A DNA stretch of 64,000 nt from an uncultured Candidatus Saccharibacteria bacterium. Lineage in GTDB: Bacteria > Patescibacteriota > Saccharimonadia > Saccharimonadales > Saccharimonadaceae. This document shows positions 24,912 to 34,320 of the stretch, piece by piece. Every line of letters begins with the position of its first letter. Positions within the stretch are counted from its first letter, which is position 1. A model generated the notes under the pieces. The model did not search any database. It had not been told where the DNA came from and was given only the letters and a program-made list of their open reading frames with translations. The DNA lies in NCBI GenBank assembly GCA_963529335.1, contig CAURZF010000002.1, positions 38,339 through 102,338 of the forward strand, written 5' to 3'. The position numbers and the translations under genes are program-made.

Positions 24912-25594
24912 TGCCGATAACTCCCCTGCGCTTGGTCGCTAGTAATCTTGCCGTGGTCAACAGTGATAACGCGGCGCTTCAACCTATTGACAATCTCGAC
25001 ATTATGTGTTGTAAGTATAACTGTCGTGCCATATCGGTTAATCTTCTCGAGTAGGCGGACAATATCCCAACTATGCTTCGGATCGAGATTGCCCGTCGGC
25101 TCGTCGGCGATTAGGATCTTTGGTTGACGCACTACTGCTCGAGCGATTGCCACACGCTGGCGCTCACCGCCCGACAACTGATGCGGGAACTGCTTTTCCT
25201 TGCCCTTTAGACCGACCAAGTCAATCACTTTTGGCACAGTATTTCTAATTTCGCGGTTGGTCATGCCAGCGATTTCTAGCGCAAAAGCCACATTTTCGAA
25301 TACCGTCCGGTTCGGTAGTAACTTAAAATCCTGAAAAACTACGCCAATTTTGCGGCGCAGCAACGGGATATGCTTATCCTTGAGCTGGTCGTAATCAATA
25401 CCGCCAACGACAATCTTGCCGCTAGTCGGCTTTTCTTCGCGCGTCAATAATTTGAGCAAGGTCGATTTGCCAGCACCGCTCGTCCCAACGATGATCACGA
25501 ACTCGTTCGGCTCGACATGCAGATTAATACGGTCAAGCGCTGGCTTGCTGCCCTTACCATACACCTTGGTCACTCTATCTAACAGAATCATCAC
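24908..25594 (-). CDS. ftsE: Cell-division ATP-binding protein FtsE
   Basis: Walker A GTSGAGKST, signature LSGGERQR, Walker [12 protein letters not shown]. It sits upstream of ftsX. Confidence 0.95.
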   Translation of the reverse strand: MMILLDRVTKVYGKGSKPALDRINLHVEPNEFVIIVGTSGAGKSTLLKLLTREEKPTSGKIVVGGIDYDQLKDKHIPLLRRKIGVVFQDFKLLPNRTVFENVAFALEIAGMTNREIRNTVPKVIDLVGLKGKEKQFPHQLSGGERQRVAIARAVVRQPKILIADEPTGNLDPKHSWDIVRLLEKINRYGTTVILTTHNVEIVNRLKRRVITVDHGKITSDQAQGSYRQ

Positions 25595-25633
25595 TACCTA
25601 TTGTAGCATAAGCTAGTTTATAGCGATAGCCAG

Positions 25634-26719
25634 CTACTCGGTCGCTGCTTGCTGCTCGAGATATGCTTCGATAAAACCGTCAATGTCGCCATCTAGCACG
25701 CCGCGGGCGTTATGCGTCTCGAACTTAGTACGCGTATCCTTGACTAATGTGTAAGGGTGAAGCACGTAATTACGGATCTGCGCACCCCAACTAGCCGACT
25801 CGCCTGCCCGCAAATCAGCTAGCGTTTCGGCGCGTTGTTCTAACTGCATTTGCGCTAAGTGGCTTTTGAGGATTTTTAGCGCGGTTTCTTTGTTTTGGAG
25901 CTGGCTGCGCTCGTTTTGGATCGCCACTACCGTACCTGTCGGCAAGTGGGTGATGCGCACTGCGGAATCAGTTGTATTGACTCCTTGCCCGCCGTTGCCG
26001 CCGCTGCGATAAATATCAATTCGCAAATCTTTGTCGTCGATTTCGACCTCGCCTGGCGCGTCCATTTCCGGCATGATTTCGACCAGTGCAAAGCTAGTCT
26101 GTCGCAAATTATCAGCGTTAAACGGACTGAGCCGCACCAGCCGGTGCACCCCGTGTTCACTGCGCAATTTGCCGTAAGCAAAAGCACCGCGGATAATGTA
26201 AGTTGCGTTCTTGATGCCGGCCTCCTCGCCTGTCGAACGCTCGACTAGCTCGGTTTGCATATCATGCTTTTCAGCCCAGCGCAGATACATTCGCTCTAGC
26301 ATTTCTGCCCAATCCTGCGCATCCGTACCGCCAGCGCCAGCGCTCAACTTGAGAATCGCCGCTCGATTATCGTATTCGCCTGAGAATAGCAAATCTTTGC
26401 GACGCTCCTGGTATTCTGCCTCGAGAGCTGCTAACTGCTCGGTAAACTCAGCCAGCATCGAGTCGTCGCCTAGATCCATCAGTTCGATTATATCCGAGAC
26501 TTGTGAACGCAAAATCTGCCACGGCTCAATTTGCGAACGCAAGCTCGCCGCCTGCCGCGTCAGCATCTGCGCCCGCTCGACATTCGCCCAGACATTCGAA
26601 TCGGCCAGCTGTTCATCAAGCACTGCCAGCTCTTCAGTGCGAGCGTCAATATGCAAAGCTTGGCAAGCGCTAGCCACGCGAGCGCGGAGATCTTCAGCTT
26701 GTTTTCGTAACGGCTGCAT
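25634..26719 (-). CDS. prfB: Peptide chain release factor 2 (single uninterrupted frame)
   Basis: It has the SPF tripeptide (RLSPFNADN) and the GGQ motif ([24 protein letters not shown]). The frame is continuous from the ATG, with no +1 frameshift site. Confidence 0.95.
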   Translation of the reverse strand: MQPLRKQAEDLRARVASACQALHIDARTEELAVLDEQLADSNVWANVERAQMLTRQAASLRSQIEPWQILRSQVSDIIELMDLGDDSMLAEFTEQLAALEAEYQERRKDLLFSGEYDNRAAILKLSAGAGGTDAQDWAEMLERMYLRWAEKHDMQTELVERSTGEEAGIKNATYIIRGAFAYGKLRSEHGVHRLVRLSPFNADNLRQTSFALVEIMPEMDAPGEVEIDDKDLRIDIYRSGGNGGQGVNTTDSAVRITHLPTGTVVAIQNERSQLQNKETALKILKSHLAQMQLEQRAETLADLRAGESASWGAQIRNYVLHPYTLVKDTRTKFETHNARGVLDGDIDGFIEAYLEQQAATE

Positions 26720-26724
26720 AGAAC

Positions 26725-27819
26725 CTAGGCAGCAGTCTCGTCTTGACTTTGGCCATTATCGTCGTTTGACTTGCGGCGAGTTGATTTCTTGGTAGAAGTT
26801 GGCTCTACGGTTGTCGGCTCAGTAGCAGGTTCTGATTCAGCGGGTCCAGAAACATTAGACTGAGCAGCAGCTGGCGCAACGCTCTGCGGCTGATTTTGCG
26901 GCTCAACCACACCCTTCCAATAGTCAATCTGGCTCAACCGGCGTACCAAAAACGGATGATCACTAAAAGTCTGCGCAAAATGATTCATCGGGCGCTCAGC
27001 CGTATACTGCATCCACTGGCGCGCCACCTCGTTCATGCTGTCTGCCGCATCAGGTCCGACATGCACCTTGATCAGCGATTTCTTGACTAATTCGCTATCG
27101 CCCAAATACATCAAAGCTAGACGATCGGCGGTTAGCTCGGCGCGGCGATGCCAGAAACCAGCAACCCAACTGCCAGCCACATTAATAATCGGAATTGCCA
27201 AAAACGGCATCAAATACACGTTAGCGTTGGCATGGCGGTATTTGATATGTGCCATTTCATGTACTACAATCACTTTTAGCTCATCCTTGGTCAAGTAGCG
27301 AATCGATCCAGAATGTAGCACGATAGAATACGGCCTAGCAAAACCGAAAGCATAAGCATTCATCACTGGATTCTGGGTGATGAAAATCTCGACTTGCGGC
27401 ATCTCTAGATCAGCCGACACCTGGTTAGCCCAATCGCGCAGCCACGCATAAGCGCTATATTCAACTTGCAAAGCATTACCCAGCATTTGCTGGCGCATCA
27501 TCCGCACCATAAACATGCCAATACCTAGTAGCGTACCCAACCCTACGATCATAAGAACAATCGCTAGCAGTACAGCAATCACACCATCATTGAACGATAA
27601 TTCAACGTGACGTCCAGCATTATCCGTTGACATTTCCTGGAATGCTATATAAATAAAATAACTAGTCGCAAAGAAACAAAAGATAATGATAGTTATTGTC
27701 AGAACGACATTATCTTGCGCATTGCGAGCCCGCGCTACGGCAAGCTGGCCTTTGGTTTGCGCCTGCGACTGCGGCGGCTGCTGATACTGTTGGTATTGCT
27801 GGTACGGCTGTTGATCCAT
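26725..27819 (-). CDS. M48-family (HtpX-like) zinc metalloprotease, membrane-bound
   Basis: HEXXH motif in VVHEMAHIKYRH, plus TM helices. It has a Gln/Tyr-rich N-terminus and a disordered C-terminal tail. A GGAGGG SD is present. Confidence 0.85.
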   Translation of the reverse strand: MDQQPYQQYQQYQQPPQSQAQTKGQLAVARARNAQDNVVLTITIIIFCFFATSYFIYIAFQEMSTDNAGRHVELSFNDGVIAVLLAIVLMIVGLGTLLGIGMFMVRMMRQQMLGNALQVEYSAYAWLRDWANQVSADLEMPQVEIFITQNPVMNAYAFGFARPYSIVLHSGSIRYLTKDELKVIVVHEMAHIKYRHANANVYLMPFLAIPIINVAGSWVAGFWHRRAELTADRLALMYLGDSELVKKSLIKVHVGPDAADSMNEVARQWMQYTAERPMNHFAQTFSDHPFLVRRLSQIDYWKGVVEPQNQPQSVAPAAAQSNVSGPAESEPATEPTTVEPTSTKKSTRRKSNDDNGQSQDETAA

Positions 27820-27956
27820 AAACCCTCCGATTAGATACTATCTCAAGACTCGCGCCTATTCTGCTACATTATAACAGGATTAATCATAATAAGCAGCAAC
27901 TCCACCGTTTTTGATCACGCTAAATATCACAACTAACTACCAAGAACGCGAGTCGC

Positions 27957-29333
27957 CTAATCAGCTAACTTTTCCACTGCTGCCACGAACTGCTCGCCGC
28001 GGTCATTATAGCTCTTAAACATATCGAAGCTAGCGGCGGCCGGGCTGAGAATCACCACATCGCCAGGTTGTGCTTGATTTACTGCCGCTTCGACGACTGT
28101 CGGCATCGTCGCCATTTCCAGCTGGACAACCTGGCAAGAAACCTTATTTTTATGCAAAATTTCGATAATTTCACTGGCATTAGCGCCGTTGACGATCACT
28201 GCTCGCATTTGCTGCCTGGCGATTTCCTGTGCTAATTCCGTATAGTCCGCGCCCTTGTCAGAGCCGCCCAAAATCAAAATTTTTGGCTCCGTGAAAGCTT
28301 TTAACGCGGCAATAGCGCTACCGGGCGTGGTTGAAATACTATCATCGTAATATTTCACGTCGTTTTCCTCAGCGACGAATTTCAAACGGTGCGGCAGACC
28401 CGTGAAACTCTCTAGCCCAGCCGCATATTGCTCGTCAGTCACCGTAATCGACAGCTCCGTCACGGCGCTCATCGCCGCACAAGCATTCTCGAGGTTGTGC
28501 GTACCCGACAAACGCAAATGGCTAGTGCTGCAAATCTGCCGATTTTGCACGCAAAAGTAACCGTCCCGAACATAAACTTGATCATCGTCAGGAATAGCGT
28601 AGCGCTGCGCGAAATCTAGCGCATCATCTCCGCAGCATTCACACATTGCATGACCTTGCCTATCTAATAGCCCGTCAAATGGCATAGCAGCCACTTCCCG
28701 CGAATATTTATTCGTCGGGTGATATAAACAAACATCGCCAAGATACTGGTGGCAGCGAATATTTTTCTTAGCATTGAGGTAGTCGGCGAAATCCGTATGG
28801 ACATTCAAGTGATCCGGCTCAATCATCAGCACCACCGCGATATGCGGCGACTTTTCTAGATCCCACAGCTGAAAGCTAGACAATTCATAAACGACAATGT
28901 CGGTTTTTTTAATCTTCGGCAAGACATCCAGCGCCGGCACGCCAATATTGCCGACCAGATGTACCGTTTGCCCGGCTTGCTGCAAAATCGAGGCAATCAA
29001 ACTGCACGTCGTCCCCTTACCTTTCGTTCCTGTCACGCCGATAATCGGCACCGGACATTTGTCGAAAAACTCATTGGTCGCCGACCAAATCTTGCCGCTG
29101 GTCTTGATATTACGCGGCGGCAAACTGGCCGTCCGCACCACCAAATCAGCATCGCCCAGCTGTTCGCTGAAGGCATTTTTGCCAGAAATCAGCTTCACGC
29201 CGTCCGGAATTGTTGGCAGTTTATCCGCTGGACGCTCGTCAGCCACCACAAACTCCGCGTCAGGAAATCTCTGCCGGAAATATATCAGATTTGATATACC
29301 TTCTACGCCGTAGCCAGCTATAATAATCTTCAT
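27957..29333 (-). CDS. murD: UDP-N-acetylmuramoylalanine--D-glutamate ligase
   Basis: Mur ligase P-loop GVTGTKGKGTT and the MurD-like N-terminal Rossmann segment IIIAGYGVEG. TGCTATAAT lies 7 nt before the ATG. Confidence 0.88.
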   Translation of the reverse strand: MKIIIAGYGVEGISNLIYFRQRFPDAEFVVADERPADKLPTIPDGVKLISGKNAFSEQLGDADLVVRTASLPPRNIKTSGKIWSATNEFFDKCPVPIIGVTGTKGKGTTCSLIASILQQAGQTVHLVGNIGVPALDVLPKIKKTDIVVYELSSFQLWDLEKSPHIAVVLMIEPDHLNVHTDFADYLNAKKNIRCHQYLGDVCLYHPTNKYSREVAAMPFDGLLDRQGHAMCECCGDDALDFAQRYAIPDDDQVYVRDGYFCVQNRQICSTSHLRLSGTHNLENACAAMSAVTELSITVTDEQYAAGLESFTGLPHRLKFVAEENDVKYYDDSISTTPGSAIAALKAFTEPKILILGGSDKGADYTELAQEIARQQMRAVIVNGANASEIIEILHKNKVSCQVVQLEMATMPTVVEAAVNQAQPGDVVILSPAAASFDMFKSYNDRGEQFVAAVEKLAD

Positions 29334-29390
29334 AACGACTATTATAGCACGCGCCTAACCCGCTAAAATACCAATATTTCACGCGTTGAT

Positions 29391-29419
29391 TTGACAACAA
29401 AATCATTTATTGATATATA
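29391..29419 (+). promoter_or_regulatory. Promoter of the 29491 gene
   Basis: TTGACA (29391-29396), 17 nt, TGaTATATA (-10 at 29414-19). The 5' UTR of about 65 nt contains the hairpin GATAGAACG-tttc-CGTCTATC (29451-29471) and an AAAGGAGA SD. Confidence 0.65.
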
Positions 29420-29490
29420 TTATATTAATCTTTTGCGCCGACCCGCAGGAGATAGAACGTTTCCGTCTATCGTAAGAAAGGAGAACTGCC

Positions 29491-30252
29491 ATGTGGTGGC
29501 TCCTCACAGCGGTGGTTTGTACCATCGTTGGATTCTTTCTCGCTGCCCTCCTTGCTTTCGTCTTCTCCAATTACGGAGATGACAAAGGAAGGTTTGCCGT
29601 AGTTTCAGTTGCGGTTATGGCAATTCTTTACGCAATCGCAAACTCGATGACATACACAAAAACCTCTGAACACGAGTTCAGGGTAGCGACACTCGCCGAA
29701 GCAGCGTCGCTATACGATTTCTCCAGCGGGTCTGAGTACCCGCTGGAAATTGGCGACCGCTCGGTGTCCGCTTCAGGAGAGTTCACTATGAATGGTGGCT
29801 TCTTTTCTGTTAGCGGTTACGGCCAGATGCAGGCAGGAGCCAGCATTTTGGTCGGTTACCAGCATGCCGACGGCGACCGCGAGATACTCGAGATTCCATT
29901 GTCAAATGTCGCTTTTCGCATAATCGATTATAGCGAGTCGTCGTCAATAGTAATTGACTTCAGCGCAGTCTCGGGATCAGCCCCCGAATACACCGCCGAG
30001 GATATTCCCGGCGACTGCCACACCCATATTCGATGGGGCTGGTGGACGCGCGAGTGCGCAACCATTGACACGACAGTCACCTCGTCTACAAACGAAGGGG
30101 TGGCGGGCCTTCTCCAAAAAGCCCTTGCCAGCGGTAACGCTGGTAAGTTCGTAGTTGTGAGCGTGACCGAAGACGGGTATCGGCAGATTCTCGGCTCCGC
30201 TGGTAGCGCCACAGAGACGGAGACGCCAACTCCGTCGCCCGCCCAACGTTGA
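29491..30252 (+). CDS. Hypothetical membrane protein (two N-terminal TM helices plus extracytoplasmic domain)
   Basis: 253-aa ORF with its own promoter, SD and terminator, on the opposite strand to its neighbours. It is locally GC-rich: several stop-free overlapping frames appear in the ORF track. Confidence 0.7.
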   Translation: MWWLLTAVVCTIVGFFLAALLAFVFSNYGDDKGRFAVVSVAVMAILYAIANSMTYTKTSEHEFRVATLAEAASLYDFSSGSEYPLEIGDRSVSASGEFTMNGGFFSVSGYGQMQAGASILVGYQHADGDREILEIPLSNVAFRIIDYSESSSIVIDFSAVSGSAPEYTAEDIPGDCHTHIRWGWWTRECATIDTTVTSSTNEGVAGLLQKALASGNAGKFVVVSVTEDGYRQILGSAGSATETETPTPSPAQR

Positions 30253-30258
30253 GCAAGT

Positions 30259-30298
30259 AAAATGCTCCGCTGGGTCGGCGGCGGAGCATTTTACTTTT
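30259..30298. terminator. Bidirectional intrinsic terminator between convergent genes
   Basis: The hairpin AAAATGCTCCGC-10 nt-GCGGAGCATTTT has A/T runs on both sides. Confidence 0.8.
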
Positions 30299-30314
30299 GA
30301 TTGAAATTATTATT

Positions 30315-31592
30315 CTAAAATAGCTTTTCTAGCTTATCATTTAGCCGCGTCAGCGATTTCTGGTCGCTAGCGCTGACGCCAGCCAGCACCCAAGTGTCCG
30401 CGCCGATAAATTCGCGCGCCGTCGCAATCATGCGTTCGCGAGTAATGTTGCGTATTGCCTCGGGCACGCGCTCGTAATCTTTGACAAAACCGTCGCCGAA
30501 ATAGCGCCCGCTATAGAAATTGCTAATCTGCGCGACTGTCTGCGCCCCCATCTGGTGACGGCCTAGCGCGTAGGACTGCGCTGCCGACAGTTCTTCTTCG
30601 CTAATTTTCCCATCAAGCACCGCTCGCACTTCGCTGGCAATGATATCAAAGAGCTTATCCGCCGTCTCGACATTGACCTGCCCGCCAAAATCCCAGCTGC
30701 TATCATAAAAACCGGCGCTCGCTTCACTAAACATGCCGTAAGCCAAACCCTTTTTGCGGGCAGCACCGAAGATACGCGAGTGCATCGTTCCGGTCAAGAT
30801 ATGATTCAAGCACGACATCGCCTCTAACTCAGCATCATTAATTTCGCGCGGCAGCGACATGCTCCAACCAAAGGTCAAATTAGTCGCTTCTTTACGCTTG
30901 ATAAGGGTCGGAACGGCCTTTTTCAAAACATCGCGCGGTACTGTGAAACGTTCGCCGCGCGGCAACTCCCAGCTCTCAAGCATACTTTTAATCTGCTCGC
31001 GCCGGCCATCGAGCTTGCCCGCAATCACAAAGCGCATATTATCCGAGGTGTGTGTTTTTTGATGGTGGCGCTGAATATCCTCAAGCGTGATATTGTTAAT
31101 CGTCCGCAAACGCTGCCAAAACGTATAAACGTCCTCGCCTAGCAGCTGCTGGACTTTCGGCCAAAGCACGCGGCCGTGATTGTTCAAATACCCCGTTAGT
31201 TCGCTGCGGACATTGCCCTTTTCAGCCTCTAGCGATTCTTGCTGAAAGCGCGGCTGGCAAATCGCCACTTGCTGCAATTCTAAAATCCGATCCCATTCAA
31301 AATCAGCGCAGTCAGCCACATACACCATTGACAAGTCGCTTGTCCATGCATTATGGTACGCGCCATTTTTGGTGAATTCTGCTTCGTAAGCATGCTCGCT
31401 TGGAAACTTAGCGTTTGCACCAAACGACATATGCTCCATCACATGAGCGGTTTCATAAATATTTTTGCGTCCAACATAGCGGTTGCCAGCGCGAAATTGA
31501 AACTGGAAGCTCATCACCGTTGCGCCAGGCACGTCAATAAGCAGCCCACGCGAACCATTGTCGAGCCGTACTTCTGTTACTGTGTGTTTCAT
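30315..31592 (-). CDS. M16-family (pitrilysin/insulinase-like) zinc peptidase
   Basis: Inverted zinc motif HxxEH in ETAHVMEHMSFG. Its ATG directly abuts the secA stop. Confidence 0.85.
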   Translation of the reverse strand: MKHTVTEVRLDNGSRGLLIDVPGATVMSFQFQFRAGNRYVGRKNIYETAHVMEHMSFGANAKFPSEHAYEAEFTKNGAYHNAWTSDLSMVYVADCADFEWDRILELQQVAICQPRFQQESLEAEKGNVRSELTGYLNNHGRVLWPKVQQLLGEDVYTFWQRLRTINNITLEDIQRHHQKTHTSDNMRFVIAGKLDGRREQIKSMLESWELPRGERFTVPRDVLKKAVPTLIKRKEATNLTFGWSMSLPREINDAELEAMSCLNHILTGTMHSRIFGAARKKGLAYGMFSEASAGFYDSSWDFGGQVNVETADKLFDIIASEVRAVLDGKISEEELSAAQSYALGRHQMGAQTVAQISNFYSGRYFGDGFVKDYERVPEAIRNITRERMIATAREFIGADTWVLAGVSASDQKSLTRLNDKLEKLF

Positions 31593-34226
31593 CTAGCGGC
31601 TCTTTTTTCGATTCTGGCGCTTGGCCTTTTTCTTTTTACGGGCAACGTTGCGCCTATGATTAGTTTCGGCGGTCGAGGCGGCTCTTTTTATTGAACCGCC
31701 GAAATCGTGATCGCGATTCTCTTCGCCGCCAGTGATTTCGTTGACTCCATGCTCGACCGAAGTCTCGGCAAGCTTCGTCAATTCCGTTTGGTGGTCATCG
31801 TCAATTGATTCGCGGCTAATAGCGTCGGTGGCGCGCACATGATAAATAGCACGCAAAACTTCCTCGCGCAATGTCGCTTGCAAGCTATCAAACAGCTTCT
31901 GCGACTCGCTGCGGTATTCAACCAGCGGGTCGCGCTGGCCGACGCTGCGCCAGTGAATACCTTCGCGCAAATGCTGCATATTTTCGAGGTGCTGCATCCA
32001 TAGCGTATCAAGTACTTGCAGATAAACTTCGCGCTCAACCCCGCGGATTAGATCATCGCCGAGCTCTCTTTCTTTGGCTGTATACATTTTTTGTGCAGCA
32101 GCTAACGCTTTATCGCGGCGCTGACTATCTTTTTTGATCGCGCCAATTTTTTCAATTTCGTCGACCTCCAGCGGGATAATCTCTGCAAATTCTTCGACAA
32201 ATTTTGGATTATTCTTGGCTGGTACCTCTGTTAATTTATTAACCATCGCCCGCAGCAAACGTTGAATTTCTGGTTTGATATTATCGCCTTCGAGGATTTT
32301 GCGGCGCACCGTGTAAACAACTTTGCGATGGCGATTAATAACATTATCGTACTGAACAACATTTTTGCGCGTATCAAAGTTATACCCTTCGACTCGCTTC
32401 TGCGCTGCCTCCAATGTCTTGCTGACGGCACGATTCTGGATTGCCGTTTCCTCATCGACGCCTAAACGCTCTAACACATTAGCAATCCGCTCGCCCTGAA
32501 AGATACGCATCAAATCGTCCTCGGTCGAAACATAAAACTGCGTATCGCCTGGGTCTCCCTGCCGGCCGCCGCGGCCGCGCAGCTGATTGTCAATTCGGCG
32601 CGATTCGTGGCGCTCTGAACCAATGACCACTAGACCGCCCAGTTCTTTGACGCCCGGCCCAAGTTTAATATCGGTGCCGCGCCCAGCAATATTAGTAGCT
32701 AGCGTAATTGCGCCCTTTTCGCCAGCATGCGAGATAATCTCTGCTTCGCGCTCGTTGTTCTTGGCATTTAGAATTTCGTACTTAATACCTTCGCTATCCA
32801 AATATTTGGCGATCATTTCATTTTTAGCGATTGAACCAGAGCCAACCAACACCGGACGGCCTTCATCGTGATATTCTTTGATCGCTTGAGCTACCGCTTT
32901 CAGCTTGCCTTTCTCGGTCTTGTAGATTAAGTCCTGATGGTCCTGGCGAGCAATTGGCTTGTTCGGCGGCACCACCACTACGTCAAGCGAATAAATTTGT
33001 TGAAACTCTTCAGCCTCAGTGAAAGCAGTACCAGTCATACCGCTAAGTTTTTTGTACAGTCGGAAGTAATTCTGGAAAGAAATCGTCGCTAGCGTCATGC
33101 TTTCCTGCAATACTGGTACGCCTTCTTTGGCTTCAATCGCCTGGTGTAAGCCTTCGCTATAACGGTTGCCTTGCTTGAGCCGACCAGTGTGCTCGTCAAC
33201 GATTATCACCTCGCCATCGTTTGTCACCACATAGTCTTTGTCGCGATGAAACAGCGTTTGCGCCCGCAAAGCTTGATCCATATGGTAAACGCTGCGCACA
33301 TACTCTGGAGTGTATAAGTTTTTTATACCCAGCATTTTTTGGACTTTCTCGACACCTTCGTCAGTAAGAGCTACCTGCTTGCGTTTCTCTTCCAAGGTAT
33401 AATCTTCTGGCGTCAACTTCGCCGCAATCTTGGCAAATTGATAATAGCTGTCAGGATTCTCAGAGGCCGGCGCACTGATAATCAGCGGCGTCCGCGCTTC
33501 ATCGATCAGAATCGAGTCCACCTCGTCGACAATCGCAAAATTCAAATCGCGCTGGCGCACCAGCTCGATATCGTTAACCATGTTGTCGCGCAAATAATCA
33601 AAGCCGAACTCATTATTAGTACCATAGGTAATATCTGCCTGGTAAGCTTCTTTACGGGTGCACGGACGAAGCTTCTTCATGCGCGGATCAGTATGCGCCT
33701 CATTGTCATAATTTTCGTCGTATAAGAATGAAGCCTCATTGATGATCACACCGGTCGATAAACCTAGCGCATCATAAATCTGCCCCATCCAGCCGGCATC
33801 GCGCTGCGCCAGATAATCATTGACAGTTACAACATGTACACCTTTGCCTTCAAGCGCATTCAAGTAGGCTGCTAGCGTCGACATCAAAGTTTTACCCTCG
33901 CCAGTCTTCAGCTCGGCCACGCTGCCCTCATGCAATACCATTGAACCAATCAGCTGCACATCGTAATGGCGCTCGCCGATTGTCCGATCGGCCATCTCGC
34001 GCACCACCGCAAAAGCGTCTGGCAAAATCGTATCAAGCGTCACGGATTTCTTCTGCAAACGCTTGCGCAGAATATCGGTTTGGCCGGACAACTCCTCATC
34101 AGACAATTTTTCGTATTTCGGGCCAAGCGCATTAATTTCGTCGACTTTCTTTTGTAAACGCCGCAAAATCCGCTTCTGCGGGTCACCGAAAACCTTCGTC
34201 AGCACCTTCTGTTGTGTTATCGCCAT
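31593..34226 (-). CDS. secA: Preprotein translocase ATPase SecA
   Basis: 877 aa with DEAD-like motor motifs (LKTGEGKTL, VDEVDSILIDEARTPLIIS, TNIAGRGTDIKLG) and a basic C-terminal tail. Confidence 0.97.
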   Translation of the reverse strand: MAITQQKVLTKVFGDPQKRILRRLQKKVDEINALGPKYEKLSDEELSGQTDILRKRLQKKSVTLDTILPDAFAVVREMADRTIGERHYDVQLIGSMVLHEGSVAELKTGEGKTLMSTLAAYLNALEGKGVHVVTVNDYLAQRDAGWMGQIYDALGLSTGVIINEASFLYDENYDNEAHTDPRMKKLRPCTRKEAYQADITYGTNNEFGFDYLRDNMVNDIELVRQRDLNFAIVDEVDSILIDEARTPLIISAPASENPDSYYQFAKIAAKLTPEDYTLEEKRKQVALTDEGVEKVQKMLGIKNLYTPEYVRSVYHMDQALRAQTLFHRDKDYVVTNDGEVIIVDEHTGRLKQGNRYSEGLHQAIEAKEGVPVLQESMTLATISFQNYFRLYKKLSGMTGTAFTEAEEFQQIYSLDVVVVPPNKPIARQDHQDLIYKTEKGKLKAVAQAIKEYHDEGRPVLVGSGSIAKNEMIAKYLDSEGIKYEILNAKNNEREAEIISHAGEKGAITLATNIAGRGTDIKLGPGVKELGGLVVIGSERHESRRIDNQLRGRGGRQGDPGDTQFYVSTEDDLMRIFQGERIANVLERLGVDEETAIQNRAVSKTLEAAQKRVEGYNFDTRKNVVQYDNVINRHRKVVYTVRRKILEGDNIKPEIQRLLRAMVNKLTEVPAKNNPKFVEEFAEIIPLEVDEIEKIGAIKKDSQRRDKALAAAQKMYTAKERELGDDLIRGVEREVYLQVLDTLWMQHLENMQHLREGIHWRSVGQRDPLVEYRSESQKLFDSLQATLREEVLRAIYHVRATDAISRESIDDDHQTELTKLAETSVEHGVNEITGGEENRDHDFGGSIKRAASTAETNHRRNVARKKKKAKRQNRKKSR

Positions 34227-34254
34227 AACGTCAAATTTCCCTCACTTTCAGGTA

Positions 34255-34298
34255 TTTTCCAAAAACTCCCCTAATTATAACTGTTTTCGGGGAGTTTT
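34255..34298 (-). terminator. Intrinsic terminator after hpf
   Basis: On the minus strand, AAAACTCCCC-17 nt-GGGGAGTTTT is followed by TGG and a T-rich run. Confidence 0.7.
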
Positions 34299-34320
34299 GG
34301 AAGAGGCTGCTACTAAATCG

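Noticed and set aside
25634-26719. Programmed +1 frameshift in prfB
   Set aside because: The RF2 frame is continuous from its ATG through the SPF and GGQ motifs. There is no in-frame UGA near codon 25 and no CUU UGA C-type site. Both RF1 and RF2 are present, so I also dismissed a recoded stop codon (code 4 or code 25).
26211-26795. 194-aa plus-strand ORF antisense to prfB and the 3' end of the M48 protease gene
   Set aside because: It lies entirely opposite genes with unmistakable RF2 and M48 motifs. Its product is Ser/Arg/Cys/Ala-rich low-complexity sequence, typical of antisense frames in mid-GC DNA. It has no promoter or SD.
27845-27952. 8-bp inverted repeat GACTCGCG ... CGCGAGTC separated by about 90 nt between murD and the M48 gene
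   Set aside because: The arms are short and far apart, so this is compatible with chance. The interval has no conserved RNA motif that I recognise.
29928-30289. Cluster of four overlapping 60-94-aa ORFs on both strands
   Set aside because: All of them lie within the 29491-30252 CDS, which has a promoter, an SD and a terminator. They arise from locally high GC, which gives few stop codons.
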